Positions 28,375 through 37,852 of a stretch of DNA of 64,000 nt are shown here, one piece after another. The DNA lies in NCBI GenBank assembly GCA_027624915.1, contig JAQBTR010000001.1, positions 35,609-99,608 of the forward strand, in the 5' to 3' direction. The first letter of the stretch is position 1. The number at the start of each line of letters is the position of its first letter. Under the pieces are notes generated by a model. The model saw only the letters and a program-made list of their open reading frames with translations, had not been told where the DNA came from and did not search any database. Made by a program: the position numbers and the translations under genes. The stretch is from a bacterium. Its GTDB lineage: Bacteria; Patescibacteriota; Minisyncoccia; Ryanbacterales; GWA2-47-10b.

Positions 28375-30321
28375 TTAACCAGGGAAGTTTGGAATATTTA
28401 TTCCTGATGTTGGGTCTTCCCGTCTTTTGCGCCCAAGGACTACGAGTATGATTACTAATATTACAATCATACCGGCTCCCGTAAGTCCAAGTGTGGTTGA
28501 GTTAAAGAAGCTGGGAGCCTTTTCTTGTTCTGGGAGATTCAGTCCGATTTTACCAAGTTCAATAGCTTGCGCCTCTTTTACGAATGGTACCGGGCTACCT
28601 TTGGCAACAATTCCACCTCGTGCATCTGTAATTGCTACATATATTTCATGATTTCCTTTATCTAATTCTCGGTCAAGTTCATACACCCAGTTACCATCGG
28701 CGTCAGTTTCAACCGTTACAATTATTGGTGTCGAAAAGAAGTAAAGTGTAACAATGCTATTTGGCGGACCCGTACCCTTAAATATAAACGACGACGGTTC
28801 GTATGTATCTGCAGGAATCGGACCTGGCGTAACCTCGTCTACTGAGAAAAGCTCTGGTTTTTCCTCACCTCTCTGTCTTGGGTCATGATAAATAATCCCA
28901 GACTCCCTTAAAAGAAGTGATGGATTGGTAGGGTTAATACCCCTTAGAAGTTCTTCCTTGTCCTTCATACCATCTCCATCTGTATCATCTGATTCTGGGT
29001 CTGTTCCATAAAAGTAGACTTCGTCGTAATCTGTTATGCTGTCGCCATCTTTGTCTACTGTTTGTGACGCGCGCTCCGCAAAAATTGTGTCAGAAAGTGC
29101 CACCCGTTCTTTTGTTGTGGGTTTTTCAACAATCTGAGAAATCCTTTCTTCGCTTTGCGCTTCACGTATAACATCTACGAGAGAGATAACTTTTACAATC
29201 CAGTCCTGTGACACCCATCCATCTGGCGAAGAGTCAAAGTCCACCTGCCACCATGTGAGGTTAGCCGCACTTCTTGGCCCCCCAGTAATATTTCCTTCGG
29301 CTCCCTTCAGCTGCGCTCGTATGATTGTTGATTTTTCGGTTGATGGAGTACTACGAACATTGACTATGTCGAGCGCGCGTACACGATCCCCGAGTGCAAA
29401 AATTATTTGAGTTGTTGGGATTGTTGGTGCGCCCGTTGTAGTTACTGGCTTAGGGGGTGGTGGAGTCACAACCGGTGGAGGTGGTGGCGCTGGGTCTTCT
29501 ATGCCAGTGGGTGGAGGTGGAGTTCCGGTTGTGCCAGATGGGGGTGGCACTATTTCAGGAGCCTCTTTTATACTAAATGACCATATGGAGCCAAGCTTTA
29601 CTTCACCATCTGTTAGATGAGTAACAATTCGCCAGTAGTAGGTCGTATTATATTCAAGAAGTCCAGGATTATAGTTAGTGTTCACATAATTATTTACTAC
29701 AAGTTGAGGCGGGCTAATTTTTCCAAAAAATACATCGTAGTAGGATGCGTTGTTAGCGCTCCAGTTGAGTTCCACATTACGAATTAAATTGTCGGCACCA
29801 TCCGCAGGCCCAGCATTTACTGCCGGTCCAGATGTACCACCGCTTGGAGGTGGAGGTGTTGGCGATGGAGGTGTTGGATCTGGTGGTGGTTCACTTCCAC
29901 CATCTGCCGCGACATCAAACACCACCTGATCTTCATTTACAAAAACATCATCATCGCTACCACTATTATAATTTCCATTTATTCCATGGTTATAGCATTT
30001 TACGCCAGCAGTTATATTTCCGCTGGTGTTCATTACCATTTTGTATGCGCCGACCAGACTAAGATTTGTAACTGGAATTCTCCAGCTGTTGCCTCCGAAT
30101 TGGTAGAGGACATCGTCTCCATCGGCGATACAAAAATCTATAGTACTTCCAGCGGTAAGGGTAACACTCCAACGGTACTCCACAATCTCATTTTCTTTGA
30201 TGCTCGTTGGGTTATCACTTCCATTGACAAGAAAATCGACGGTGCTTTGAGCCTGCACACTGCTAGCAACCGCAAAAAATGCCAAACTGACTAAAACGAT
30301 GTATTTGAATTTTAAAATCAT
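28375..30321 (-). CDS. Large cell-surface protein: signal peptide, Pro-rich linkers, FN3/PKD-like and SH3b-like modules, thrombospondin-type-3-like Ca-binding Asp repeats, C-terminal TM anchor plus KRRE.
   Basis: SH3b-like LDIVNVRSTPSTEKSTIIRAQLKGAEGNITGG...WWQVDF; DKDGDSITDYDE...DPESDDTDGDGMKDKEEL; PPPP linkers. Confidence 0.6.
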   Translation of the reverse strand: MILKFKYIVLVSLAFFAVASSVQAQSTVDFLVNGSDNPTSIKENEIVEYRWSVTLTAGSTIDFCIADGDDVLYQFGGNSWRIPVTNLSLVGAYKMVMNTSGNITAGVKCYNHGINGNYNSGSDDDVFVNEDQVVFDVAADGGSEPPPDPTPPSPTPPPPSGGTSGPAVNAGPADGADNLIRNVELNWSANNASYYDVFFGKISPPQLVVNNYVNTNYNPGLLEYNTTYYWRIVTHLTDGEVKLGSIWSFSIKEAPEIVPPPSGTTGTPPPPTGIEDPAPPPPPVVTPPPPKPVTTTGAPTIPTTQIIFALGDRVRALDIVNVRSTPSTEKSTIIRAQLKGAEGNITGGPRSAANLTWWQVDFDSSPDGWVSQDWIVKVISLVDVIREAQSEERISQIVEKPTTKERVALSDTIFAERASQTVDKDGDSITDYDEVYFYGTDPESDDTDGDGMKDKEELLRGINPTNPSLLLRESGIIYHDPRQRGEEKPELFSVDEVTPGPIPADTYEPSSFIFKGTGPPNSIVTLYFFSTPIIVTVETDADGNWVYELDRELDKGNHEIYVAITDARGGIVAKGSPVPFVKEAQAIELGKIGLNLPEQEKAPSFFNSTTLGLTGAGMIVILVIILVVLGRKRREDPTSGINIPNFPG

Positions 30322-30366
30322 AGGGTTTTAAAAATTAATTAAATATGATATCTTATCTACTATTAT

Positions 30367-30957
30367 ATGATACATCCACGAGAAGAAAAAACATTTATCA
30401 TGGTAAAACCCGACGGAGTACGTCGAGGTCTTACAGGTGAGATAATTAAGCGAATAGAGCAGCGAAACCTCAAGATTATAGCTCTTGAAATGGACAGTCC
30501 CTCAAAGGACAAATTTGATGGTCATTATCCAAAAGATCCAAAATGGATCAAACGAGTAGGTGAAAAAACCCTTACTACGTATGCAAAATATGGATTTGAT
30601 GCAAAAAGAGAGCTTGGGACTGACAAGACCGAGGAGATTGGTCCTATGGTTCGAGAGTGGCTTTTGGACTTCATGACATCTGGTCCAGTGGTGCGTATGG
30701 TTGTTGAGGGCGTACACGCTGTTGACATGGTACGAAAGATAGTTGGTGATACTATGCCTGCAAAGGCCGAGATGGGTACTATTCGAGGAGATTTTTCTGC
30801 AGACAGTGCAGCATCAGCCAATCGTGATAAGCGTGCCGTACATAACCTAGTTCATGCGTCTGAAACCCCAGAAGAAGCAGAACACGAAATCGGATATTGG
30901 TTTGAAAAAGGCAGTGTGTATACCTACAAGCGAACAGATGAAAATCTCACTCATTGA
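30367..30957 (+). CDS. ndk: Nucleoside diphosphate kinase.
   Basis: EKTFIMVKPDGV...; active-site region NLVHASE (NxxHxSD-like). Confidence 0.75.
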   Translation: MIHPREEKTFIMVKPDGVRRGLTGEIIKRIEQRNLKIIALEMDSPSKDKFDGHYPKDPKWIKRVGEKTLTTYAKYGFDAKRELGTDKTEEIGPMVREWLLDFMTSGPVVRMVVEGVHAVDMVRKIVGDTMPAKAEMGTIRGDFSADSAASANRDKRAVHNLVHASETPEEAEHEIGYWFEKGSVYTYKRTDENLTH

Positions 30958-30966
30958 AAATTTTTT

Positions 30967-31347
30967 GTGATAAGAATAGTAGTTTTTACAATAATTCTTG
31001 CGGCAATTCTAACGGCGCATAGTTATATTGTCGATCATAATCTTTATAACGAAATTTGGTGGCTTGATATGGTCCTCCACTCTCTCGGTGGGTTATTGGC
31101 GAGCTCAGTGTTTGTTACCTTTTTAAGGCCAAAGAATTATTGGCCCCTTTTTGGTTTTATTTTTCTCGTTGCTGCTGCGTGGGAGCTATTAGAATTTTTT
31201 ATAGATGTTCCATTTTTTGGTGGCGGTCCCATACGTCTTTCCGATCCGATTTGGGCGCTCGATATGCTTTCTGATATGGCAATAGCGCTAAGCGCGTCAT
31301 TCCTTTTATGGCTCGCATATTGTCTATATAATAAAAGTAATGTCTAA
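30967..31347 (+). CDS. Hypothetical 4-TM membrane protein with a GTG start.
   Basis: Hydrophobic ORF filling the gap between ndk and the MBL gene. Confidence 0.4.
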   Translation: MIRIVVFTIILAAILTAHSYIVDHNLYNEIWWLDMVLHSLGGLLASSVFVTFLRPKNYWPLFGFIFLVAAAWELLEFFIDVPFFGGGPIRLSDPIWALDMLSDMAIALSASFLLWLAYCLYNKSNV

Positions 31348-32692
31348 ACTTACTTTTTATGGGGGTGCGCAAGAAGTAACTGGTGCGAATTATCTACTAG
31401 AGACTGACGGAGGAGCTAAGATATTAATTGATTGTGGGCTATTCCAATGTCCTGGATTTTGTCGCTCTCTTAATCAAGATAAGTTTGAATATGACCCAGC
31501 AGAAGTAGACGCTCTTTTTGTAACGCATGGTCACATTGATCACTTGGGACGAGTACCAAAGCTCGTTCACGAAGGCTTTAAAGGAAAGATCTATTCTACC
31601 CCACCAACAAAAGACTTTGGTGCAATCATGCTCGAAGATAGCATGGGTATTTTGGGTAAGGAAGCAGAGCGTGAAAAACGAAAACCCATTTACGACCTTA
31701 ATGATGTAGAAGCTACCAAAAAATTATGGGAGGGAATTCCGTATGGTGAGTCGGTTACAACTAAGGACGTGACGGTAACGGTACGAAATGCGGGTCATAT
31801 TTTAGGCTCGGCTATCTACGAGTTTAAGGTGGCCGACAAAAAACTAGTCTTTACAGGAGATTTGGGCAATACTCCGATGCCTCTTTTGCCTCCACCTGAC
31901 AAGGTAACAGGAGCTGATTACCTAGTGATTGAGTCGGCATATGGAGATAGAGAGCATGAAGACATAACCGAAAGAAAGGGTAAGCTAGAGGGGGCAATCG
32001 AAGATGTAGTAAAACGTAATGGTACTCTTATAATTCCTTCGTTTGCACTTGAACGAACACAAGAGATTTTGTTTGAACTCAATGATCTTGTTGAAAATGG
32101 CCGTATACCACGGGTTCCTATATTTATAGATAGTCCACTCGCAATTAAGGCAACGACCGTGTACAAAAAGTACGAAAATTATTTTAGTAAAAGCGCTCAA
32201 AATATCATCAAGTCGGGGGATGACTTATTTAAGTTTCCTGGTCTTCATATGACACTAAAGACCGAGCAGTCAAAAGCGATCAAGGATCAAAAGGGTTCAA
32301 AGATAATTTTGGCAGGAGCTGGGATGATGCATGGCGGCCGTATAGTACATCACGCTCGTGAATATCTACCAGGAAAAGATAATATGATTTTGTTTATTGG
32401 ATATCAGGCGGCAGGTTCTCCAGGGCGTCGAATTTTAGAGGGAGAAAAAGAGGTTCGAATCACAGGGGAGATGGTGCCGGTTCGTGCAGAGGTTCGAAAA
32501 ATCAGAGGGTATTCGGCACATGCAGATACTAATGCTCTGTTTGAATTTATCCAGAACAACGCAGAAACTCTCAAAAAGGTCTTTGTCGTACAGGGAGAGG
32601 CCAAAGCATCACTGTTTTTGGCCCAGCGAGCAAGAGACCATCTCGGGTTAGATGCAATAGCGCCTGAGCTTGGGTACAGTTTTGAATTTTAA
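31340..32692 (+). CDS. Metallo-beta-lactamase-fold beta-CASP ribonuclease (RNase J / CPSF-like).
   Basis: ...VTHGHIDHLGRVP... (HxHxDH); 450 aa; downstream beta-CASP motifs (D...H...H). Confidence 0.7.
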   Translation: MSKLTFYGGAQEVTGANYLLETDGGAKILIDCGLFQCPGFCRSLNQDKFEYDPAEVDALFVTHGHIDHLGRVPKLVHEGFKGKIYSTPPTKDFGAIMLEDSMGILGKEAEREKRKPIYDLNDVEATKKLWEGIPYGESVTTKDVTVTVRNAGHILGSAIYEFKVADKKLVFTGDLGNTPMPLLPPPDKVTGADYLVIESAYGDREHEDITERKGKLEGAIEDVVKRNGTLIIPSFALERTQEILFELNDLVENGRIPRVPIFIDSPLAIKATTVYKKYENYFSKSAQNIIKSGDDLFKFPGLHMTLKTEQSKAIKDQKGSKIILAGAGMMHGGRIVHHAREYLPGKDNMILFIGYQAAGSPGRRILEGEKEVRITGEMVPVRAEVRKIRGYSAHADTNALFEFIQNNAETLKKVFVVQGEAKASLFLAQRARDHLGLDAIAPELGYSFEF

Positions 32693-32765
32693 AGAACTAA
32701 TACCCTTTTTATTATGACCTTCGTAGTGCCTAGAGAACATAAAAAGGTTCTGATATACTAGCGCT

Positions 32766-33344
32766 ATGAGTGACAAACACATACACCATAAGCTAAAGTT
32801 TTGCGTTTCAGGGGCGGCAGAAACCGGCATGTGCTCTGAGAATGCACTTGAAAATGGTAAGACGATTGGGCGTGAGATAGCTAAGATGGGTGCGGTACTT
32901 GTTAATGGTGCGACGAGTGGATTTCCATATTGGGCAGCAATTGGAGCAAAAGAAGCTGGTGGGTTTACTATTGGTATTTCTCCAGCAGAATCAGAGCGAG
33001 AGCATGTTGACCGTTACAAGCTTCCACTCGATTATATGGATATGGTTGTTTATACAGGCATGGGATACTCGGCACGTAACTTACTTCTTACACGAACTGC
33101 AGATGCCGTTATTATTGGATGCGGAAGAATAGGGACGCTTAACGAGTTTACTGTTGCATTCGAAGACGGCAAGCCAATAGGAATACTTGAAGAAGATGGC
33201 GGTACTACAAACCTTCTTGATGAAATAATTGAGGCTTCACATCGTTCACAAGATAATCCAAATATAGTTTTTGAAAAAGATCCAAAAATTCTTCTAAAAA
33301 AGCTAACAGAACTTGTAGAAAAAGGCAAAGTTAAAAAGGATTAA
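32766..33344 (+). CDS. LOG/TIGR00725-family Rossmann-fold nucleotide-binding protein.
   Basis: ...CVSGAAETG...VLVNGATSGFPYWAAIGAKEAGGFTIGISP... pattern. Confidence 0.5.
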   Translation: MSDKHIHHKLKFCVSGAAETGMCSENALENGKTIGREIAKMGAVLVNGATSGFPYWAAIGAKEAGGFTIGISPAESEREHVDRYKLPLDYMDMVVYTGMGYSARNLLLTRTADAVIIGCGRIGTLNEFTVAFEDGKPIGILEEDGGTTNLLDEIIEASHRSQDNPNIVFEKDPKILLKKLTELVEKGKVKKD

Positions 33345-33349
33345 TTACT

Positions 33350-34444
33350 ATGCGCTCCCTTAAGGCGGCAGGGCTGTTAATAGGGATGATTGTTGGGGCA
33401 GGAATCTTTGCCCTTCCTTTTGCTGTCTTTCGCGGGGGACTATACTGGTCTTTGTTTCATTTTGCTCTGGCAATTTCTATTGTTACTGTCCTACATCTTC
33501 TGTATGGAAAGATGTTCTATGACCATCGTTCGCGACATCATTTACCAGGTTACGTTAAGCAATATTATGGAAAGTATGCTAGTAGATTAGTTGTTGTATC
33601 GAGGCTGTTGAGTTACTACGGCTATCTCTTGGCGTACAGCGTACTTGGAGGAATTTTCTTGTCCAATGTACTACCTGTTGGAAAAAAGACTCTTACTATA
33701 ATAATTTTTTTGGTATTATCTCCTGTTGTATACGCTAATCTGCGCAAGGCCGGGTCAATTAACTTTTTTCTGACTATACCTCTTGTGGCATTCCCAGTAC
33801 TACTCTTTTTAGTACTAGCACCAGAACTGTCCTTTAAGGATGTTCCTTTGATGGCTACAGGCTCTGACTGGTTCTTCCCATACGGTGTCTTTTTGTTTGC
33901 CCTGAGTGGGGCATCTGTCATACCAGAGGTGGTAAACATACTTGGAAAATATGAAAGGAAACATTTTTCTAAGGTTATCATTGGTAGCGCCATTGTTGTC
34001 TCTTTAATTTACTTTTTATACATAGCATCTATATTGGGGATTGCTGGCGGAGAGGTATCTAGCGACAGCTTGTCTGTGCTTGCCTCTCAGGGCAGTCTTC
34101 TTCTTGGTATAGGCTCCTTGATAGGCCTCTTGGCTATTGTTACGTCCTTTATAGCGCTTGGTCTTGAGCTACGTCTCACGTTTCAATACGATCTTCGTTT
34201 CAAGCGTTTACATGCGTGGCTTCTAACAGTTTCAATTCCACTCGGATTGTTTTTGCTCGGGCTTAATGACTTTGTTTTAATTATAGGAATCATTGGTGCG
34301 ATTGGTATTGGTATCGAGGGTACGTTCATAGTACTTTTGAGTCACAAAATTAGTAAGACTAACATAGCCCTAGTCGCAACGCTCATAGGAATTTTTGCGC
34401 TAGGCGCTCTATTTGAAATTGCCACTGTTGTTGGTATTCTCTAA
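33350..34444 (+). CDS. Amino acid permease-like membrane transporter.
   Basis: GMIVGAGIFALPF N-terminal motif; ~11 TM segments. Confidence 0.5.
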   Translation: MRSLKAAGLLIGMIVGAGIFALPFAVFRGGLYWSLFHFALAISIVTVLHLLYGKMFYDHRSRHHLPGYVKQYYGKYASRLVVVSRLLSYYGYLLAYSVLGGIFLSNVLPVGKKTLTIIIFLVLSPVVYANLRKAGSINFFLTIPLVAFPVLLFLVLAPELSFKDVPLMATGSDWFFPYGVFLFALSGASVIPEVVNILGKYERKHFSKVIIGSAIVVSLIYFLYIASILGIAGGEVSSDSLSVLASQGSLLLGIGSLIGLLAIVTSFIALGLELRLTFQYDLRFKRLHAWLLTVSIPLGLFLLGLNDFVLIIGIIGAIGIGIEGTFIVLLSHKISKTNIALVATLIGIFALGALFEIATVVGIL

Positions 34445-34446
34445 CA

Positions 34447-34995
34447 ATGGATAAAAAATTAGAGCTCGGTCGGCTTGCTTCCAAAATGCAGACCGCCAAG
34501 CTTCCTCTAAAAACAAATTTGGTTTTTGGTGAGGGCTCACCCGAGGCTCAAGTTTTATTTATTGGTGAGGCACCGGGTGCAAAAGAAGATTTACTTGGTC
34601 GACCGTTTGTTGGTCGAAGTGGTGAACTCCTTACAAAAACAATTGAGGAGATTGGCTGGAAACGCGAAGATGTTTACATAACGAACATTGTAAAACGAAG
34701 ACCTCCTGAAAATCGTGACCCCTCGCCTGAGGAAATCGAAGCCTACACTCCCTATTTAGCCAAACAAATTGAAATAATCAATCCAAAAATTATTGTAACT
34801 CTCGGGCGCTTCGCTACGAATTATTTTTTACCAGAATTAAAAATAAGCAAAGATCAGGGTAGTGTGTTCAAATATGAGGGGAGGACGATTATCCCTCAAT
34901 TTCATCCAGCTGCGGCCCTACGGGGAACAACCGTAAAAAATAAATTTCGTAAAAGTTTTGCTAAGCTTCCAAGACTTATCAAAAAGATTTCCTAA
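34447..34995 (+). CDS. Uracil-DNA glycosylase, family 4.
   Basis: ...GEGSPEAQVLFIGEAPGAKEDLLGRPFVGRSGELL... and ...HPAAALR motifs. Confidence 0.8.
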   Translation: MDKKLELGRLASKMQTAKLPLKTNLVFGEGSPEAQVLFIGEAPGAKEDLLGRPFVGRSGELLTKTIEEIGWKREDVYITNIVKRRPPENRDPSPEEIEAYTPYLAKQIEIINPKIIVTLGRFATNYFLPELKISKDQGSVFKYEGRTIIPQFHPAAALRGTTVKNKFRKSFAKLPRLIKKIS

Positions 34996-35045
34996 GAGTA
35001 CTCAACTTTTAAAAATTAAAGAATAGACTTACTATAAAAAATAAT

Positions 35046-35666
35046 ATGAAACTATCAGTAAACAACGTTATAAAAATTCTTCTCGGTTTTCTTTTTGTGC
35101 TCAATGTTAGTGATGGATTGTTTACGCCAATCATTGCTGTTTTTGTTGGCAACACAATTTTAGGAGCCTCACTTTCTACAGTTGGTTTTTCTATAGCAAT
35201 ATATTCAATCTCAAAATCTATTGTTCAGATTCCTGTAGCTCGTTGGTTGGATACTCAGATAACTGAAAGAATTGATTTTTATGTTTTGCTCACAGGGGTT
35301 GTTATCGGAATTGTATTTCCCCTTGCTCTCATCTTTACAACAACAATCACAATGCTCTATCTTCTTTTTGCCCTTACCTGTGTTGGGGCTGCATGTTTAA
35401 TGGCGTCATTCTATGCGCTCTTTAATGATCATATAGATAAAGACAGGGCGAGTTATGAGTGGAGTTTGTTTAGTGTTGGTGGCTTAACAATCTCTTCTGC
35501 GATAGGTGGCGCTGTCGGCGGTGTAATTGCAGATTACTATGGGTTCAAAACTTTGTTTCTTATAAGTGCGATTCTTTATGCTGTTGGTGGCTCCATACTT
35601 TTGTTTTTGTACCCCCATATTTCTAAGTTCAGAATTCCAAAAGTTTTATCTGCTGAGACTAGCTAA
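35046..35666 (+). CDS. 6-TM membrane protein, MFS-half-like.
   Basis: Six TM helices; PVARWLD resembles an MFS loop motif. Confidence 0.45.
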   Translation: MKLSVNNVIKILLGFLFVLNVSDGLFTPIIAVFVGNTILGASLSTVGFSIAIYSISKSIVQIPVARWLDTQITERIDFYVLLTGVVIGIVFPLALIFTTTITMLYLLFALTCVGAACLMASFYALFNDHIDKDRASYEWSLFSVGGLTISSAIGGAVGGVIADYYGFKTLFLISAILYAVGGSILLFLYPHISKFRIPKVLSAETS

Positions 35667-35678
35667 AGAATTAAAAAA

Positions 35679-35708
35679 ACCCCTGAGCTTTGCCCAAGGG
35701 GTTTTTTT
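35679..35708 (+). terminator. Terminator acccct...aggggt followed by tttttt.
   Basis: Stem plus T7 immediately after the stop codon. Confidence 0.55.
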
Positions 35709-36171
35709 AAAAAAGAAAATACACCAATGATACGGTGCATCGCTTTTAAAAATAGAAAAAATTAAGACCCGCACGCTGGCAGGTCTTTACGAGAGAGATA
35801 AATTGTCCAAGGTTCAGGAGAGGAGAGTGACGAAAGAGAAAGAGAGTTTAATGTGATGCAGGAGCATCGGGTCTAAGGTTGAGAGCCAACGGGCTCTCCT
35901 CTTCTTGTGTCACTTTGCCTCTGTCGAAGTTCTGATACTAGTATAAGATGTGGCTCATGAAGTCTCAATAGATTTTAAAAAAATCCCTGTGGAAAACATT
36001 CAAAATAAAATAAAAAGTATACAATTAGGTATTTTTGTTCATTATAAATCTTGCACTAATACCAAATATGTGTTAGGGTGCAGGTAAGCGTGTCTCGTTT
36101 GAACCGCATGGTTAACCTCTTCGGGAGAGATTATAAAGAAGTTTCAGCCGTGCTCGAGCGCCACATTATCT

Positions 36172-36672
36172 ATGGAAAACAAAAAAGTAAAAGTAGAACG
36201 GTCTGCTGGTGCCGTTGTGTTTCGTAAACAAGGAAGAAGAATTCTTTACCTGCTTTTGCAACACATGCGTGGTCACTGGGCATTTCCAAAGGGTCACATA
36301 GAAGAGGGTGAAAAACCAGTTGAAGCGGCCCGACGTGAAATAAAAGAAGAAACTGGAATTGGTCGCATTCGTTTTTTGCAGGGATATAAAGAAAATATTC
36401 GTTTTCGTTTTCAGTGGCCACCGAAATCACTTGACGCAGAGTCACGTTTGAAGTTTGTTGTGTTTTACCTCGGCCAGGTTTTTACTCGTGACGTAGTTAT
36501 CTCCGAAGAGCATAAAGATTTTCAGTGGGTTCCCTATGAAAAGGCAATGAAAATATTAAAGCATAAAAATGTTCGAGAGCTGCTCACAAAAGCTCACGAA
36601 TTAGTTACTAAAAAACCAGCTCCAGAAATAGTAAGAAAACCACCGATACAACACAAGAAAGAATCAAAATAA
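36172..36672 (+). CDS. NUDIX hydrolase.
   Basis: Nudix box GHIEEGEKPVEAARREIKEETGI. Confidence 0.85.
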   Translation: MENKKVKVERSAGAVVFRKQGRRILYLLLQHMRGHWAFPKGHIEEGEKPVEAARREIKEETGIGRIRFLQGYKENIRFRFQWPPKSLDAESRLKFVVFYLGQVFTRDVVISEEHKDFQWVPYEKAMKILKHKNVRELLTKAHELVTKKPAPEIVRKPPIQHKKESK

Positions 36673-36705
36673 AAAATCCTCCAGAGTTGGAGGATTTTTT
36701 ATTTT
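36670..36705. terminator. Bidirectional terminator atcctcca-gagt-tggaggat with flanking A- and T-runs, between the NUDIX gene (+) and rplT (-).
   Basis: Perfect 8-bp stem; aaaaaa upstream and tttttt downstream. Confidence 0.7.
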
Positions 36706-37064
36706 GCCTCAACAGGTTCTTTGGTCACCTCTTCTACAATCGAATTGAAAATGTTTGGATGTTTTTGGGCAAGCTGTGAGAGAATCTTTCGGTCTAGTTT
36801 AATGTTCGCTTTTGTTAGCTGGTCTATGAGCTTGCTGTATGTGATACCTTGTGCGCGTGCTCCTGCATTAATTTTTATAGTCCAGAGACGTCGCATTGTT
36901 CGTTTCTTTTTTCGTCGGTCATTGAACGAATGTGTGTATGCGTGAAGAAGAGCTTCGCGTGCTGCGCGCTCTTTAGAACTTCGATCCCATCTAAACCCTT
37001 TTGTTTGTTTAAGGATTGAGCGACGTCGTTTTATTGAAGTTGTTCCTCGTTTAACTCGTGTCAT
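36699..37064 (-). CDS. rplT: 50S ribosomal protein L20.
   Basis: MTRVKRGTTSIKRRRSILKQTKGFRWDRSSKERAAREALLHAYTHSF... near-canonical L20. Confidence 0.95.
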   Translation of the reverse strand: MTRVKRGTTSIKRRRSILKQTKGFRWDRSSKERAAREALLHAYTHSFNDRRKKKRTMRRLWTIKINAGARAQGITYSKLIDQLTKANIKLDRKILSQLAQKHPNIFNSIVEEVTKEPVEAK

Positions 37065-37070
37065 ATGTTA

Positions 37071-37259
37071 TTACGTACCTGGCAAATACCTTCTTTTTAT
37101 TTGTTCACCAAAATCAAATTCCTTCCAACCTTTGTTGGTGATTTGTTTGCTCCGACTTTTCTTTGCTTTGAAGTGATTAAGATGGGGAGTCCGTTTTAGA
37201 ACTTTCCCCGTCCGAGTCACTCGGAGTCGCTTGCTTGCTGATTTGTTTGTTTTTGGCAT
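37071..37259 (-). CDS. rpmI: 50S ribosomal protein L35. Start assigned to the MPKT... ATG at 37259.
   Basis: MPKTNKSASKRLRVTRTGKVLKRTPHLNHFKAKKSRSKQ matches L35 (E. coli [26 protein letters not shown]...); the longer ORF from 37313 lacks this conserved N-terminus. Confidence 0.8.
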   Translation of the reverse strand: MPKTNKSASKRLRVTRTGKVLKRTPHLNHFKAKKSRSKQITNKGWKEFDFGEQIKRRYLPGT

Positions 37260-37770
37260 GATCTGGCTCAATTGTTGTAAGAAGTCCTCGTGGTCCCTTT
37301 TTTGGTCCTTCACTAATTTTAAATGGAACAGTAATGGCTTCGAGTAGTTTTGTTATTCTACTCTCAATAAACTTTCTATCGAGATATTTTTCCCGTCCTC
37401 GCAAGGTCATCTGTACAAGTACGCGATGACCCTCTTTGAGAAATTCTTCAGCTCGTTTTGCTTTTAGCGTTAAGTCGTGTGCTCCAGTTCCAAGCCTCAC
37501 GCGTATTCCTTTTATTTCTACGTCATGAGATTTTTTCTTGGTCTTTCTGGCTTCTTTATCAAGTTGGTACTGATATTTACCCCAATCCATTATGCGCACA
37601 ACTGGTGGCTTTGCGGTTGGAGATATTTCGATGAGATCGAGATCGGCTTGCTGCGCCAACTCAAGCGCCTCCTTGGTTGGTTTAACGCCCAAATTTTCGC
37701 CTTCCGCTCCGATTACTCGGACCTCGGGTGCTGAAATCGCCTTATTAATTCGAGTTTTTTTCTGTACCAA
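37177..37770 (-). CDS. infC: Translation initiation factor IF-3 with a TTG start and a ~25-aa Ser/Asp/Lys-rich C-terminal extension that overlaps rpmI by ~83 nt in another frame.
   Basis: ...VRVIGAEGENLGV...ALELAQQADLDLIEISPTAKPPVVRIMDWGK...HRVLVQMTLRGRE...; infC-rpmI-rplT gene order. Confidence 0.85.
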   Translation of the reverse strand: MVQKKTRINKAISAPEVRVIGAEGENLGVKPTKEALELAQQADLDLIEISPTAKPPVVRIMDWGKYQYQLDKEARKTKKKSHDVEIKGIRVRLGTGAHDLTLKAKRAEEFLKEGHRVLVQMTLRGREKYLDRKFIESRITKLLEAITVPFKISEGPKKGPRGLLTTIEPDHAKNKQISKQATPSDSDGESSKTDSPS

Positions 37771-37852
37771 TGTTTTACTAGTCTACCTACTTTGACCCAA
37801 AAAGTCAAGCTATAGAGCACTAAAATAAAAGGCCTCCGAGCAAGGTCGGAGG

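Noticed and set aside
35710-36171. RNase P RNA, SRP RNA or 6S RNA in the 460-bp spacer. A gggtgcaggtaa string briefly resembled the RNase P GGGCAGGUAA motif.
   Set aside because: The P4 helix strands (AGGAAAGUCCGGGC / ACAGAACCCGGCUUA) and the SRP domain IV motif (GGAAGCAGCC) are absent. The region is kept as an unexplained-structure finding instead.
37260-37313. Longer L35 ORF starting MKDQKRDHEDFLQQLSQI.
   Set aside because: The conserved L35 N-terminus MPK(T/I)K... begins at the internal ATG at 37259, and the extension would add further overlap with infC.
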